Below the pieces are notes generated by a model. That model had not been told where the DNA came from and searched no databases. It saw only the letters and a program-made list of their open reading frames with translations. A stretch of 64,000 nt of DNA from Camelus dromedarius (taxonomy: Eukaryota): NCBI RefSeq assembly GCF_036321535.1, contig NC_087436.1, forward strand, positions 7,316,001 to 7,380,000, given 5' to 3'. Made by a program: the position numbers and the translations under genes. Positions 1 to 12,800 of the stretch are shown in pieces. Within the stretch, counting starts at the first letter, position 1; every line of letters begins with the position of its first letter.

Positions 1-99
1 GACTGTAAAATGAAATTAGTCTACTTGTACAACTCTGTTAGAACTCTTGAGTGACCAGGGCATTGTCAATGATCAGTAATATTTTGAAAGGAATCTTTT

Positions 100-249
100 A
101 AAAAAAATCTTCATTTATTTTATTTTATTAGGGGGAAAGGTAGTTAGGTTTACTTATTTTGTTTATTTTTAGAGGAGGTACTGGGGATTGAACCCAGGAC
201 CCTGTGTATGCTAAGCATGTGGTCTACCATTTGAGCTATATCCTCCCCC
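100..249 (-). mobile_element. Camelid-type tRNA-Ala-derived SINE nested in Tigger1
   Basis: A-box/B-box tRNA-like head and AT-rich tail. Perfect 16-bp TSD TTGAAAGGAATCTTTT at 84-99 and 250-265. Confidence 0.93.
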
Positions 250-1490
250 TTGAAAGGAATCTTTTTTTCTTAGTAGTAGATCTTAACAGTGACCTTAATG
301 TATTTAGTAAATCATATTTTAAACAGATGTGCTATCATCCAGCCTTTGCTGTTCCATTTATAGAGCACAGGAAGAATAGATAAGAGCATAATTCTTAAAG
401 GCCCTAGGATTTTCAAAATGGTACATGAGCATTGGCTTCAATTTAAGGTCACCAGCTACATTAGCCCCTAACAAGAGTCAGCCTGTTCTTTGAAGCTTTG
501 AAGCCAAGCATTGACTTCTCCTCTCTAGCTATGAAAATCCTAGATGGCATCTTCTTCCAATAGAAGGTTCTTTTATCTACATTAAAAATCTGTTGTTTAG
601 TGTAGTCACCTTTGTTAATGATCTGAGCTACATCTTCTGGATAACTTGCTGCAGCTTTCTGCACTTTTATGTTATGAAGATGGCTTCTGTCCTTGAACTT
701 GATGAACTAACCTCTGCTATCTTCAAACTTTTCCTCTGCACCTTCTTCACTTCTCTTGGCCTTCATAGAATTAAAAAGATTTAGGGCTTTGCTCTGGGTC
801 AAGCTTTGGTTTAAGGGAATGCTGTGCCTTGTTTGAGCTTCTATTCAGACCACTCAAACTTTCTCCATATCAGCTGTTTCACTTTCTTATTAGTTATGTG
901 TTCACTGGAGTAGCACTTCAGATTTTCTTCAAGAAGTTTTCCTTTGCATTCACAACCTGGCTAACTGTTGCAAGAGGGGTAGCTTTCATCCTATCATGGT
1001 TTTAAACATGTCTTTCACATTAAGCCTAATCATTTCTAGCTTTTGATTCAAAGTGAGAGGCATGTGACTCTTTTACCTGAACACTTAAGAGGCCATTCTA
1101 GGATTATTAATTGGCCTAATTTCAAAATTATTGTGTCTCAGGGAATAGGAAGGCCCAAGGAGAAGAGAAACAAAGGAACCACTGATCAACAGAGCAGACA
1201 GAAAACACAAGACATTTATCAACTAAATATGCTGTCATGAACAAGTATGGTCGGTGGCGCTACCAAACAATTACAGTAGTAGATCACTGATCACAGTAAC
1301 ACAGCAAATACAACAGTAAGGAAAAATTTTAAGTATTGCAATAATTACCAAAATGTGACACAGAGACATAAAATGAGCAAATGCTGTTCCAAAATTGCAT
1401 AACACTGAAAGACTTGCTAGACTCAGAGTTGCCACAAACCTTCCATTTGTAAAAAATGCAGTATCTGTAAAGTTCAATAAAATGAGGTAT

Positions 1491-1632
1491 TTCCTAGAAA
1501 CAATGAACAGTACATATACATAAATTTAAAAATATGTGCAGTATATTATATATATGTATTTACATGCAATATATTGTATATGTGCAATCAAATTGTAATG
1601 ATCCTACCTAATAAAACTAAAAAACGAAAAAA
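1491..1632 (+). mobile_element. Short polyadenylated retroposed fragment (probably an extremely 5'-truncated L1) inside the Tigger1 TIR
   Basis: AATAAA at 1610-1615, A-rich tail, and 12-bp TSD AAAATGAGGTAT at 1479-1490 and 1633-1644. Confidence 0.75.
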
Positions 1633-2189
1633 AAAATGAGGTATGCATGTATTAAAAATCTCCTTTAATTTCTCCTATTTTTTAAACCAAAATTCTACCA
1701 TTCCGTGTATGATTATAACATTTAAATTGCTAGTGATCTTATCTATATGCTTTTGAATATAATCTTCCAGCTTTTAAAAATTTAACATATTGACTATTCT
1801 TTTGTGAATTTCTCAAATGATATAGCAGTTTTAATTTTGTGTTTAAGAAAGGAAAATCTCAAAGTGTGCATAATGTTAAATTTTTATTAATTTCTCAATT
1901 TAATTTAAAATAAGAACTTAAATTTAAATTCCACACTGAAGGAAACAGAAATAGTTAAAATAACTCTATCATACATAAAATATTGAAATTTTGGCTTTAA
2001 AAAACCAGCCGTTGAGGTATGTCAACTTAACAGCAGATTTCAGGAGGATTATATTTGAAAAGACAAAATCGTTCAGAAAGCAAGGGAAAAAAATGAGGTT
2101 CCAGGAAAGAATTATGTGACTAGTGTCATCCCAATCTTCATGTGAATTAGTGACTTCTACTCAGTATATGTTAATTAAAAAACTGAAAA

Positions 2190-3856
2190 CTCTGAGGCTT
2201 CTACTTTTTGGATGTAAAAAGGGTGTAAAAATTTAAAAATGGTGCTCCCACCCTAAAAATAAGAAAAAGTCAGATAAATTACAAAATCATACTTTTCTTT
2301 GAGATCATCAGAGAGCTGATGCCAAAGGGAAACCAACTGGAAATCCAAAGACAAGCAGTCTGCTCCAAGGAGTAATAAGGAGCAAGCACTGGCTCATGTG
2401 TGGTACAACATGGGAGGGAGAGAGGCTGGGTGCTATTCAGGTAAACTTTTTAATGAGTTTCTTAATGCCAAGTGAGAGTGTTGAAACCTTGGGAGTCATA
2501 GACACAAATAGAGTTTGCAATCACTTGCAAGTTCTTCTCCACAGACCTCCAGTGGGTGCTCATGAGAAAAATTTAGAGCAAGGAGTGAGAATTGAGAGGC
2601 TTCCTCAGAGGCAGAGTCTATGGGAAAAAGCATAAAGCCCCTCCAGGACTTTCTATCACATGGGACAAAATATTTAAGGCGATAGGGAAAGGTAAACAAA
2701 TGCTGTTATCCCCAAGGGGCGTGTGAAGACCATTGCAGCTGGGGAAAGAGTAAAAGGAGGGGGGGACCTTCTAACTTGGGGGAAAGGCGAGGACCCTACA
2801 CTAGTATAGTTATGTTCCCCGATCCTTGGGCAATGGGCAGAGAACTCTCTTGCAAACAACACCCACTGAATAGTCAAGGCAGAGTTTGGCTGCAATGGGG
2901 AAGAAGAGCACAATCATTAGGAAAGCTCCACTCCAGAGACCTAAGCCCATGGCTTGTCTAAGAATGAGGCTGAACCATGACCACAGAGAAACAACTCATC
3001 CCCTCTTGCTCCTGGGTTGTAAGCAATAGCAATGGCTTAGGGAAAATGAGTGAAGCAAGAAGCCTTGTGTGATGCAGGTGCACAGGGAAGACTGGAAGTT
3101 AAGATCTAGCATAAAACAAACAAACAAACAAACAAACAAAAAAAACCCCACTGGAAATGCTGGCCATCCCTGCCTTAAAACACATGCTAAAGGAAGCTGA
3201 AGCAAGCAGTACAGTGAAAGTTACCATAACAATAAAAAAAACTTAAATTCAACTCAACGCCTCACTAGACTGACTCACTCCTTCCCATCCTTCCACACTG
3301 ATAGCCTAGCAGAAGAAGAGGCATGAACATTTCCAAGCATAAATAACATATAGTCAGTCTTTACTAGTATACACAAGATGTATGGAATTCAGTGAAAAAT
3401 TATAAGATGCACAAAAAGCAAAGAACAATAATCTGCTGTCAAAAGACAAAATAATCAATAGAACTAGATGAGAGGATGGCCCAGATGCTGAAACTATCAG
3501 ACAAGGACTTTGATATAATTATGATTAATATGTTAAATTCTCTAGTGAGAAAAAGTGGACAGTAGGATTTAACAGATGGGGAATTTCAGTGTAGAGATGG
3601 AAACTATAAGAAATAAGCAGATGTAAATGCTACAAAAATTTTTTTAAAAACATAATAACAGATAATGATTTTGATGGGCTGACCTGTAGACTTTGACATA
3701 GCTGAGAAATAAGCTAGCTAAATATAGGTCAATAGAAATACAAACTGAAGCATAAATGAAAAATAAAAGTAAGAAAACATATCAGGGCATCCAAGAGCTG
3801 TGGGACAACATCAGACAGTTTAACATACACGCAATTGGAATCTCAAATGGAGAATA
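2190..3856 (+). mobile_element. Old L1 (L1M-type) 5'UTR and ORF1 remnant
   Basis: GATGGCCCAGATGCTGAAACTATCAGACAAGGACTTT and GAGCTGTGGGACAACATCAGACAG resemble ancient L1 ORF1; A-rich sense strand. Confidence 0.7.
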
Positions 3857-3879
3857 GATTTTTGATTTGAGACATTCCC

Positions 3880-4275
3880 CTTGATCATGTAAGCAAATAG
3901 TGTTAATAAAACTCTTAGCAGGGCTTTTGCTGCCTCTCACAAATACTCATATGCTGAATTTTCTCTCATCAGTGCACTTTTAAAATTTCACTTGTGATAT
4001 CCTATTTAACCCATAGGTTATTTAGAGGTGTGCTGTTTAGTCTTCAAGTATTTAGAACTTTTCCTGTTACCTTTCTATTATTGATTTCTAGTTTGATTCC
4101 AATTTGGTTAAAAAATATACACTGCATGATTTCTTTAATTAGCTGAGAATTTTCATGGCCCAGGATGTGCTGTCTTTTAGTGTATGTCCCATGGACATTT
4201 GAAAAAAAATATTCTGCCATTGTTGAGTGAAGTGTCATATAAATGTCAATTAGATACTGTTGATTGATTGTGTGT
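3880..4275 (-). mobile_element. Old L1 ORF2 endonuclease-region fragment
   Basis: ORF 4044..4238(-) has YTKRQHILGH...NQIGIKLEINNR, an L1 EN C-terminal motif. Confidence 0.8.
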
Positions 4276-4276
4276 T

Positions 4277-7200
4277 TTTAATTGAAGTACAATAGATTTA
4301 CAATATTGTGTTAGTTTCAGGTGTATAACAAAGTTACATATATGTATGTGTATACATATATATATTCAGATTATTTTTGATTAAAGGTTATTACAAAATA
4401 TTGAATATAGTTCCCTGTGTTATACAGTAAATCCTTTTTGCTTATCTATTTTATATATAGAGTTTTGTATCTGTTAATCTCATAATCCTGGTTTATCCTT
4501 CCCCTTCCTTTCTCCTTTGGTAACCAAAAGTTTGTTTTCTATGTCTGTAAATCTGTTTTTGTTTTATATACAGATTATTTTTTATTTTTAAAATTTCACA
4601 TATAAGTGACATCATATAATATTTGTCTTTCTCTGCTTAACTTCACTTGGCATGATATTCTTTAGGTCCATCTATGTTGTTACAAATGGCATTATGTCAT
4701 TATTTTTTGTGGCCGACTAATAGTCCACTGTATGTGTATATATACACACACATCTTAAACTAATTGTCTGTTGAGAGGTACTTGGGTTGTTTTCATGTCT
4801 TGGCTTTTGTAAATAGTGCTACTATGAAGATTGGGATGCACATATTTTTTTGAATTAGTTTAGTCTCCAGATATATGCCCGAGAGTGAGATTGCTAGATC
4901 ATCTGATAGCTCTATTTTTAATATTTAAAGAAATTTCCATACTGTTTTCCATAGTGGATGCACCAGTTTACAGTCCAACCAACAGTGTAGGAGGATTCCC
5001 TTTTCAGCATTTATTATTTGTAGACTTTTTGATGATAGCCATTCTACCTGGTGTGAGATAATGCCACATTGTAGTTTTGATTTGCATTTCTCTAATAGTT
5101 AGTAATGTTGAGCATCTTTGTATGTGCCTGATGGCCATATGTATCTTTGGAGAAATATCTATTTAAGTCTTCTGCCCATTTTTTGACTGAGTTTTTTGTT
5201 TTTTGAATATTGAGTTGTATGAGCTATTTCTATATTTTGAATATTAACCCCTGATGGGTTGCATACTTTTCAAAAGTTTTCTTCCATTTTGTAGATCGTC
5301 TTTTCATTTTGTTATGCTTTTGTTCATTATGCAAAAATTTTTTAAAAGTTTGATTGGTCCCATTTGTTCAATTTTACTTTTACTTCTTTTGCCTTGGGAA
5401 ACTGATCTAAGAAAATATTGCTATGATTTATGCCAAAAAATGTTTTTCCTATGTTCTTTTCTAAGAGTTTTGTGGTGTCATGTCTTATATTTAGGTCTTT
5501 AAACCATTTTAAGTTTATTTTTGTATATGGTATGAGAGAGTGCTCTAACATCATTGATTTATATGAGGCTGTCCAGTTTTCCCAACACCACTTGCTGAAG
5601 AGACTGTCTTTTCTCCATCGTACATTTTTGCCTCCTTTGTTGTAGATTACATGACTGTATGTGTGTGCGTTTATTTCTGGGCTCTCTATTCTGTTCTATT
5701 AACCTATATGTCTGCTTTTGTGTTAAAACTATGCTGTTTTGATTTATGTAGCTTTGCAATATTGTCTGAGATCTGGAAGGGTAATGCCTCCAGCTTTGTT
5801 CCTTTTCTTCAGGAATGCTTGGGCAATTCTGGGTCTTTTGTGGTTCCATGTAAATTTTAGGATTATTTGTTCTAGTTCTGTGAAAGATGTCATAAGTATT
5901 TGATAGAGATCAAACTAAATCCATAGATTGCTTTTGGTAGTGTGGCCTTTTTAACATTGTTAATTCTTCTAATCCAACAGCATGAGATACCTTTCCATTT
6001 CTTTGAATCATCTTCAATTTCCTTTGTCAAATTTTTATAGTTTTCAGCATATAGGTCTTTCATCTCCCATAGATTTTGTAAGGTTATGTTTTTATTGTCA
6101 TTTATCTCCATGTATTTTTGAGTTCCTCTTTGGTTTAATCATTGACCCATTGGTTTTTTTTTTAGTAGATTGTTGTTTAATCTCCATGCAATGATTTTTT
6201 TCCCCATTTTTATTTCTGTAGTTGATTTCTAGTTTCATATCATTGTGGTCCGAAAAGGTGCTTGAAGTCCTGTAAATATCAATTAAATCCAACTGTACTA
6301 TTGTATCATTTAGGATCTCTGTTGCTATATTGATTTTTTTTTTGTCTGGAAGATCTGTCCATTGATGTCAGAAGGGTATTAAAGTCTCCTACTATAATTG
6401 GATTCCTGTCAATTTCTCCCTTTATGTCTGTTAGTATTTGTTTTATATATTTAGGAGCTCTTATATTTGATACATATATGATAACAAGTGTAATATCCTC
6501 TTCTTGTGTTGATCCCTTTAACATTACATAGTGTCCTTCTTTGTCTTTTTTTATGGCCTTTGTTGCAAAATCTCATTTGTCTAATACAAGTATTGCTATC
6601 CCTGTTTCAGGTCATTTCCATTTGTGTGAAATACCTTTTTCCATCCCCTCACTTTCAATTCATGTGTATTTTTTTGGCTGAAAGTTATTCTCTTGTATTC
6701 AGCATCTTACGGGTTCTTGTTTTTTTTTAATCCAATATGCCACTCTTTGTCTTTTGATCTGGGCATTCAGTCCATTAACATTTAAAGTTATTATTGATAA
6801 GTATGTATTTATTGCCATTTTAAACCTTGTTTTCCAATTAATTCTATATTTATACTTTGTCTTGTCTTTTTCTTTTTCCCTTTGTGGTTTGATAGTTTTC
6901 TTTTATATTATGCTTGAGAGCTTTTCTTTCTATTTTTTTGTGAACCTATTGTATATTTTTGAGTTGTGGTTACCCTGGTTTTCAAGTGTGTTAACCTGTA
7001 ATGATATCTACTTGCTTTAGACTGCTAGTTATATAAGTCAAACACATTCTGAAGGATCTATGATTTTTACGTCCCTCGCCCACATTCTGTGATATTGATG
7101 TTCTATTTTACATCTTCATGCTTATCCTTTTGCTATTAATTATAGCTATAATGACTTTTACAAAATTTTTTAAATTATTTTTTAGTCTATGTTCTGGCTT

Positions 7201-7345
7201 ATTTAAGTGGTTTTCAATTCTTTTATATATTTGCCTTTCCTCTTGTGATTTTCTCTTTCCTATAGATCTTTGATTCTTTTCTATTTAGAGAAGAACTTTC
7301 AATTTTTTAATAGATTTAGTATTCATGTATTTTTTAAGTTTTTTG
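4277..7345 (-). mobile_element. L1 (3'UTR, internally deleted ORF2, EN region and inter-ORF sequence)
   Basis: L1 3' terminus at ~4277. Minus-strand ORF fragments include LIPYTKINLKWFKDLNIR, MKDLYAENYKNLTKEIEDD and KYIKQILTDIKGEIDRNPIIVGDFNTLLTSMDR. Confidence 0.88.
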
Positions 7346-10300
7346 CTTGTATTTGATTTCTAGTTTCGCACCATTGTGATCAGAAAAGATGCTTGATATG
7401 ATTTCAGTCTTCTAAAATTTACTTAGACTTGTTTTGTGGCCCAACATGTAGTCTATCTTTGAGAAAGTTCTATGTGCACTTGAAAAGAATGTGAGTTCTG
7501 CTGCATTTAGAGGGAATGTTCTGTATTATTATAACAAATTCATCTGGTCTATCATTTTATTTAAGGCAATATTTTTCCCTATTCTGTCTGGGTGAACTTT
7601 CCTTTGATGTAAGTGGGGTATTAAAAGTCCCCTTACTATTATTGTAATGCTGTAAATTTCCCCCTTTAGGTCTGTTAATAACTGCTTTATATATATATTT
7701 TTGTGCTGCTATGTTAGGTGTATGTATTTTAATAACTGTAATATCTTCTTGATGAACTATACCCCTTATTACTGTATGCTGTCCATCTTTGTTGGCTTGA
7801 AGTCTACTTTGTCTGGTATGAGTTTGGTTACATCTGCTTTCTTTCAGCTGTCATTTGCTTGGAGTATCATCTTTCATTCCTTCCCTTAGTGCTTATGTTT
7901 GTCTTTAGAGCTGAGGTGAATGTCCTGGATGTTTTTAAATCCATCCAGCCACTCTGCATCTTTTGATTGATGAATTCAATCCATTTACATTTAGGATGAT
8001 TATTTTTTAGGCTAATTATTACATTTAGGGTGATAGATGAGAAGTTAGTACTGCTTTTTAATCTTTTGTTTTCTCATTGTTTTATATATCCATTTTTTCT
8101 TTTCCCTTATATTTCTGTCAGACATTTTGGTTTGTTAGTTTTCCATAATATTTTCTCAGTACCCCCCCCCCTTTTTTTTTGGTTTGATGTCTCTGCACTA
8201 GATTTATATTTTGTGGTTACCATGAAGTTTTTTTTAAAAACATCTTATAGATAAAATAGCTTTTTATGTGGACAGCATCTTATCTTCATTTACCTATATG
8301 GATTCCATCTGTTTCATCTTCATCTTTTGTGTTTTTGTTGTCTCAAATTACCACTTTTTATATTGAGTTTGTTACCAAATTAAAGTAACTATACTTATTT
8401 TTCTACTCTTTTCGTTTAAGTTTTATGCTATAATAAAGTGTTAAAAACTATTCTAATATAGAATTGCAATTTTCTGATTCTGTTTATTACATTATTTGAA
8501 GTCTTCTGTACTCTTGGCTGTTAGTTTTAGGTAGAAGTGCTCTTTTTGATGTTTCTTACAAGATAGTTTCAGTGTTGATGAAATCCCTCAGCTTTTGTTT
8601 GTCTGGGAAAGCTTTATTTCTCCTTCATTTCTGAATGTTAACTTTGCTAGATAGAGTAGTCTTCACTGACAGTTTTAATCTTTCAGTATTTTGAGAATGT
8701 TACCCCTCCTGGACTGTAGGGTTTCTGCTGAGAAATCTACTAATAGCCTAATGAGGGGGGGTTCCATTGTAGGTTACCATTATTTTTCCCCTGACTCCCT
8801 TTAAAACTCTTTCTTCATCATTGACTTTTGACAATTTTAGTATAATATGTCTTGGAGAAGGTCTCTTTATATTGAGGTAATTAGGCATTCTCTTAACTTC
8901 ATTAACTTGTATATCCAGTTTCTTCCCCAGGTTTGGGAAGTTCTCTTATTGTTTCTTTAAATAAACTTTGCTCCTTTCTTCCTCTCTTCCCCTTTTGAGG
9001 TACCTGTTACCCCAATATTGCCTTTCCCAAAAGAATCAAATAGCTCTCATAGATTTCCTCACTTTAAAAATATTTTAATTCTTTTTTCTCTTCTATTTAC
9101 ATCATTTCTCTATTCTTATCTTCGAGATCACAAATACTGTCCTCCACAGAGGTTTGCTCCATTTCCAGCGCTTCTGAATGCATTCCTCAACTTGTTTATT
9201 GAGTTCTTCAGCTCTAGGATTTCTCTTTGGATTTTTTTTTTAGAGTTTTAATCTCTTTGGTAAAATATTCCTTCTGCTCATTAATTTTATTCCTGATTTC
9301 ACTGAACTGCCTTTATGAGTGTTTTTGGAACTTGTTGAGTTTCTTCATGACAGCTCTTTTGAATTCTCTTTAAGTAAGATTGCAGTATTCCATAAATTTA
9401 AGTTTGGATTCAGAATTTTTATTATTATTAGCTTGTGTGTGTGTGTGTGTTGTAGTGTTACTGTGGTTCTTCATTCATGGTCCTGGATCATTTGTTCACC
9501 TGCTGGTGCATTTGAAATAGTGAATTTGAAGGTAAAGCTTTTTATTTTTTAAACTTGATGGTAAGGATTCATCAAGTTAAAATTAGAGTTTTTTTCTTTT
9601 ATTTTCCCACAGGTGATGCTATACACAAGTTTTTTATTTCTCTTACCTGAGCTGCTTCTGGTTATATTTGAGAGTTGGCACTTACTTGCCACTACCTCTG
9701 TCAGAGGCGTCACCCAGTGCCCTGATTATCAGTTCTTGTGTCTCCAGGGTTTTGGGTGTCTTGCTGCTGTCAGTGTTGCTGGTATTGCTGCCTGGAGCAC
9801 CAGGGTGGTGGGAATCTTCTGCTGGGTATCTGATTTGCAGGCTCTGCCACCATGAGTGGACAGAAGAGCTGGGGGAAGAGCTAGGGTTATGAGTTCTTCT
9901 GCCATGTCTGTTGTTGCCAGGTTTGTGGAATTCGCTGCTGCAGGCAGGGGTGAGGCGCTGGAGTTGTGGGCATCTTTACAGCTGGATAACAGGGTCCCAG
10001 CCTCTGCTGCTACTTCTCTCCAGTTGCCTATGCCATGCGTACAGTTGCCGCCAGGAGGTTGGCGTTGTGTGAGCTGCCTTCCCTGCTGCTGCCAGGTTCT
10101 CTGAGGTTGCAGGGTCTCAGCTGTTATGGCTGGGGGCCAAGATTGCTGGCACTGCTTCTACCATTTCCCTGGTTCTGCTTCCTCTATCTATACTAGTCCA
10201 CCCACCTTTAGATGTATAGATATGAGGAATTCTCCAGTGTCCCGGTGTAATGAGCAAAGATATATTTTTTGAGTTGTGGATGCTTTACTTGTAGATTGAA

Positions 10301-10352
10301 GTGGAGAGAAAAAGGGAACACTAAACTCTGCTATGATGCTGACATCACTCCT
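7346..10352 (-). mobile_element. L1 5' half (second EN segment, ORF1, GC-richer 5'UTR)
   Basis: EN-like segment at 7350-8050 and ORF1-like segment at 8550-9500. The 5' end reads GGAGTGATGTCAGCATCATAGC on the minus strand at ~10352. Confidence 0.78.
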
Positions 10353-11450
10353 ATATTTTATCTCTTTGCTGATACTATATTTCTTTGCTGAGGGTTTCTA
10401 TTTTTCATTTGTTTCTATAATTGCTAACTGAAGTGTTCTAATCATGGCTGCTTTAAAGTCTTTGTCAGATAATTCTAACAACTTTGACATATTGGTGTTG
10501 TCATCTGTTATTTTTTTCATTCAGTTTTAGACTTTCCCTGTTTCTTGATGTAAGAAGCAACTTTTGACTGACACTTGGACATTTTTCCATTATATCATGA
10601 GGCCATATTTTATTTAAACCTATTTTGGCTGGATTTATGTGACACCACTCTAGCAGGAGAAGAACTGCCTTGTAACTTCCAGTTGTAAATAGAAGTATAA
10701 GTTTCTAAAAAAGTGTGCTCTGCTGACACACGGTTGAGGGTGTCCTTGTTACTTCTTGGTGAGGTTGGGAATTTGGGAGTGCCGTTCTTCATGAAGTCTC
10801 CACTGACACTGTAGGGGTAGGCTTGTTACTAGCTGATAGAGATGAAAGGAGAGGCTCCCTACTTGGCCATCTCTGAAACCATCCTGGCCAGGAAGAGATT
10901 GGGGTACCTTACTCTAGTCTTATGAGGATGGAGGTGTAGGCTCCTCACGTGACCTTTGCTGGCATGACTGAGATGGAGCCACATTTGTTTTTTCTCCTTT
11001 GGTGTTTGGATGGAGTAGAGAAGTTATTTTCTAAAAGTTCTCTGCCTTGCTAGGCTGTCCCTTTCCTGGTTCTTTTGGATAGAGAGGCTTTTATTGGAGT
11101 CTCTTTTCACATGTGCCTGTTGGTATTTCCAGTTGGCCAGTTTCTTTGGCTACAGGTCTGGGAGATACGAGGCAAAAAGATACTCTAAGAACTCACCACT
11201 GTGTCATTCCTTGGGTCTTATAGTCCCTATAGTCTTTTTCCTTTCTACCTTTCAGACTCTTATGTTTGACATATACATATATATATATATATACACACAC
11301 ACAACACACACATACATATATATAAAATTATATATAACATGTGGGGTTATTATATATAATGTTATTATATGTAATATTCAGGGGTTTTGGTTGTTTCATC
11401 GAAAGAAATAAGAAGTATGTCTATTCTATCTTCCTGGAAACAGAAGTCTC
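10353..11450 (-). mobile_element. Ancient L1 5' region containing a (TA)n/(CA)n microsatellite
   Basis: Minus-strand start GAGACTTCTGTTTCCAGGAAGATAG at ~11450; ORF1-like GCTTTAAAGTCTTTGTCAGATAATTC at ~10450. Confidence 0.65.
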
Positions 11451-11904
11451 CATACTTTTTCTTTTTGTTTACTTTTTATTCACTTTACTATTTTCTTATC
11501 TTCTCAATTGGTATAATATTTTTTACCGAGACTTCTGAATATAAAATATATTCCTTTAGGATAAAATTATTTGAGGGAGATGAAATAGAGATATGAATTC
11601 AAGGAGGAAAAGGACAGATGTTAAATATTTGAATGTTAAATAAAAACTTGATTATGCATTTAAAATACATGGTTGGTAAAAATTTTATTATTATGCTTAT
11701 ATTCCTTAGACACATTTAGAAAGAGAGACTTAACAGCTTTATTTAATAATCTTATATTTATAGTAAACTGGGAATTACAGCCTTTGGGACTATAAAAACT
11801 TCTGATTAATGATGGTAATCAATTTAAAAATGGGCAAGAAGGTTTAGCATTTTCAGAAATATTTCAGAAATATTAAGGGACTATGTCAGCAAGAAAAGCT
11901 GAAT

Positions 11905-12800
11905 CCATTGCTTTCCGGTATATGCCTGAGTTTGAGATTGCTTGATTGTATGTGTGAATTACTTCAAAGAATGTGAAATTAATTTCAAAAGTAGCTGAGT
12001 CTGGTTACATTCCCATCAGCAGTGCATGCCAGTTCTCAGGGTCTTAAGTTCTTGCCAGCACTACTATCAGATTTAAAAAATTTTGTTACTGCAATCATGG
12101 TAAAATGTTGTCTAAATATGATTCTGATTTGTATTTCCCTGATTGTCAATGAGGCTGAACACTTTTCAATGGTTTATTTCCTTTTTCATTTTCTCTTCAT
12201 TTAAGTGGCTGGATTTGCTAATACTTAAATTTCTCCCTGAATTTTCTAGTGGTTTAATTTCAATGTTCATATTGACTTGGAGACATTCTCTCTGTCTTCA
12301 CTAAACTTTTGCCAGTTATTATGGTACATTTAACTTCTAAAAGCTTGTGGGTTCCATAGTCACTCTTGTGTTTATGATAAACATAATTTTAATTTTAATG
12401 AAGGCTTATGTATCAATATTTTCCTTTAAAGTTTGCATTTTTTGATCTTCTTTGAAAAATTTCTTCCTAACCTTCATGTAATAGAGATATTTTGCTTTTT
12501 CTTCTGAAAGTTTTTGTAGCTTTGAAATTCACATTTTAATCTCTAATTCACCTGGCATTGATTTTTTTTTGTGGAAGATGATACAAAATTCTGATTTCAT
12601 CTTTCCTCTGTAAAATTATTTGCATACAGTTTACTGAATAATTCCCCTCTCACCCACATACTGTCAGTGTTACCTCCATCAGAAGTTTAGTTTCCATCTA
12701 TTTGTAGGACTGGCTCTGGGCTTGGTCCATTTGTCCCTCTGAGAGACTGCCATACAGTTTTATTTACTATAGCTTTAAAACAAATGTTGATAAAAGAAAT
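11905..12800 (-). mobile_element. Ancient L1 (L1ME-like) ORF2 3' fragment
   Basis: Degenerate ACATTCCCATCAGCAGTG and ATTTGTATTTCCCTGATT...GAGGCTGAACAC L1 motifs. Confidence 0.65.

Larger units (their letters stand above)
10..1649 (-). mobile_element. Tigger1 (TcMar/pogo) DNA transposon, 5' half, decayed and interrupted by two insertions
   Basis: ORF 461..664(-) [61 protein letters not shown] matches the Tigger1 CENP-B-like DDE transposase. A TIR-like end (AATGAGGTATGCATG) is followed by TA at 1650-1651. Confidence 0.92.

Noticed and set aside
461..664. Domesticated TIGD/CENP-B-like gene
   Set aside because: Short fragment with the catalytic-region DET motif altered (NVDKRT) and surrounding frames broken by stops and a SINE.
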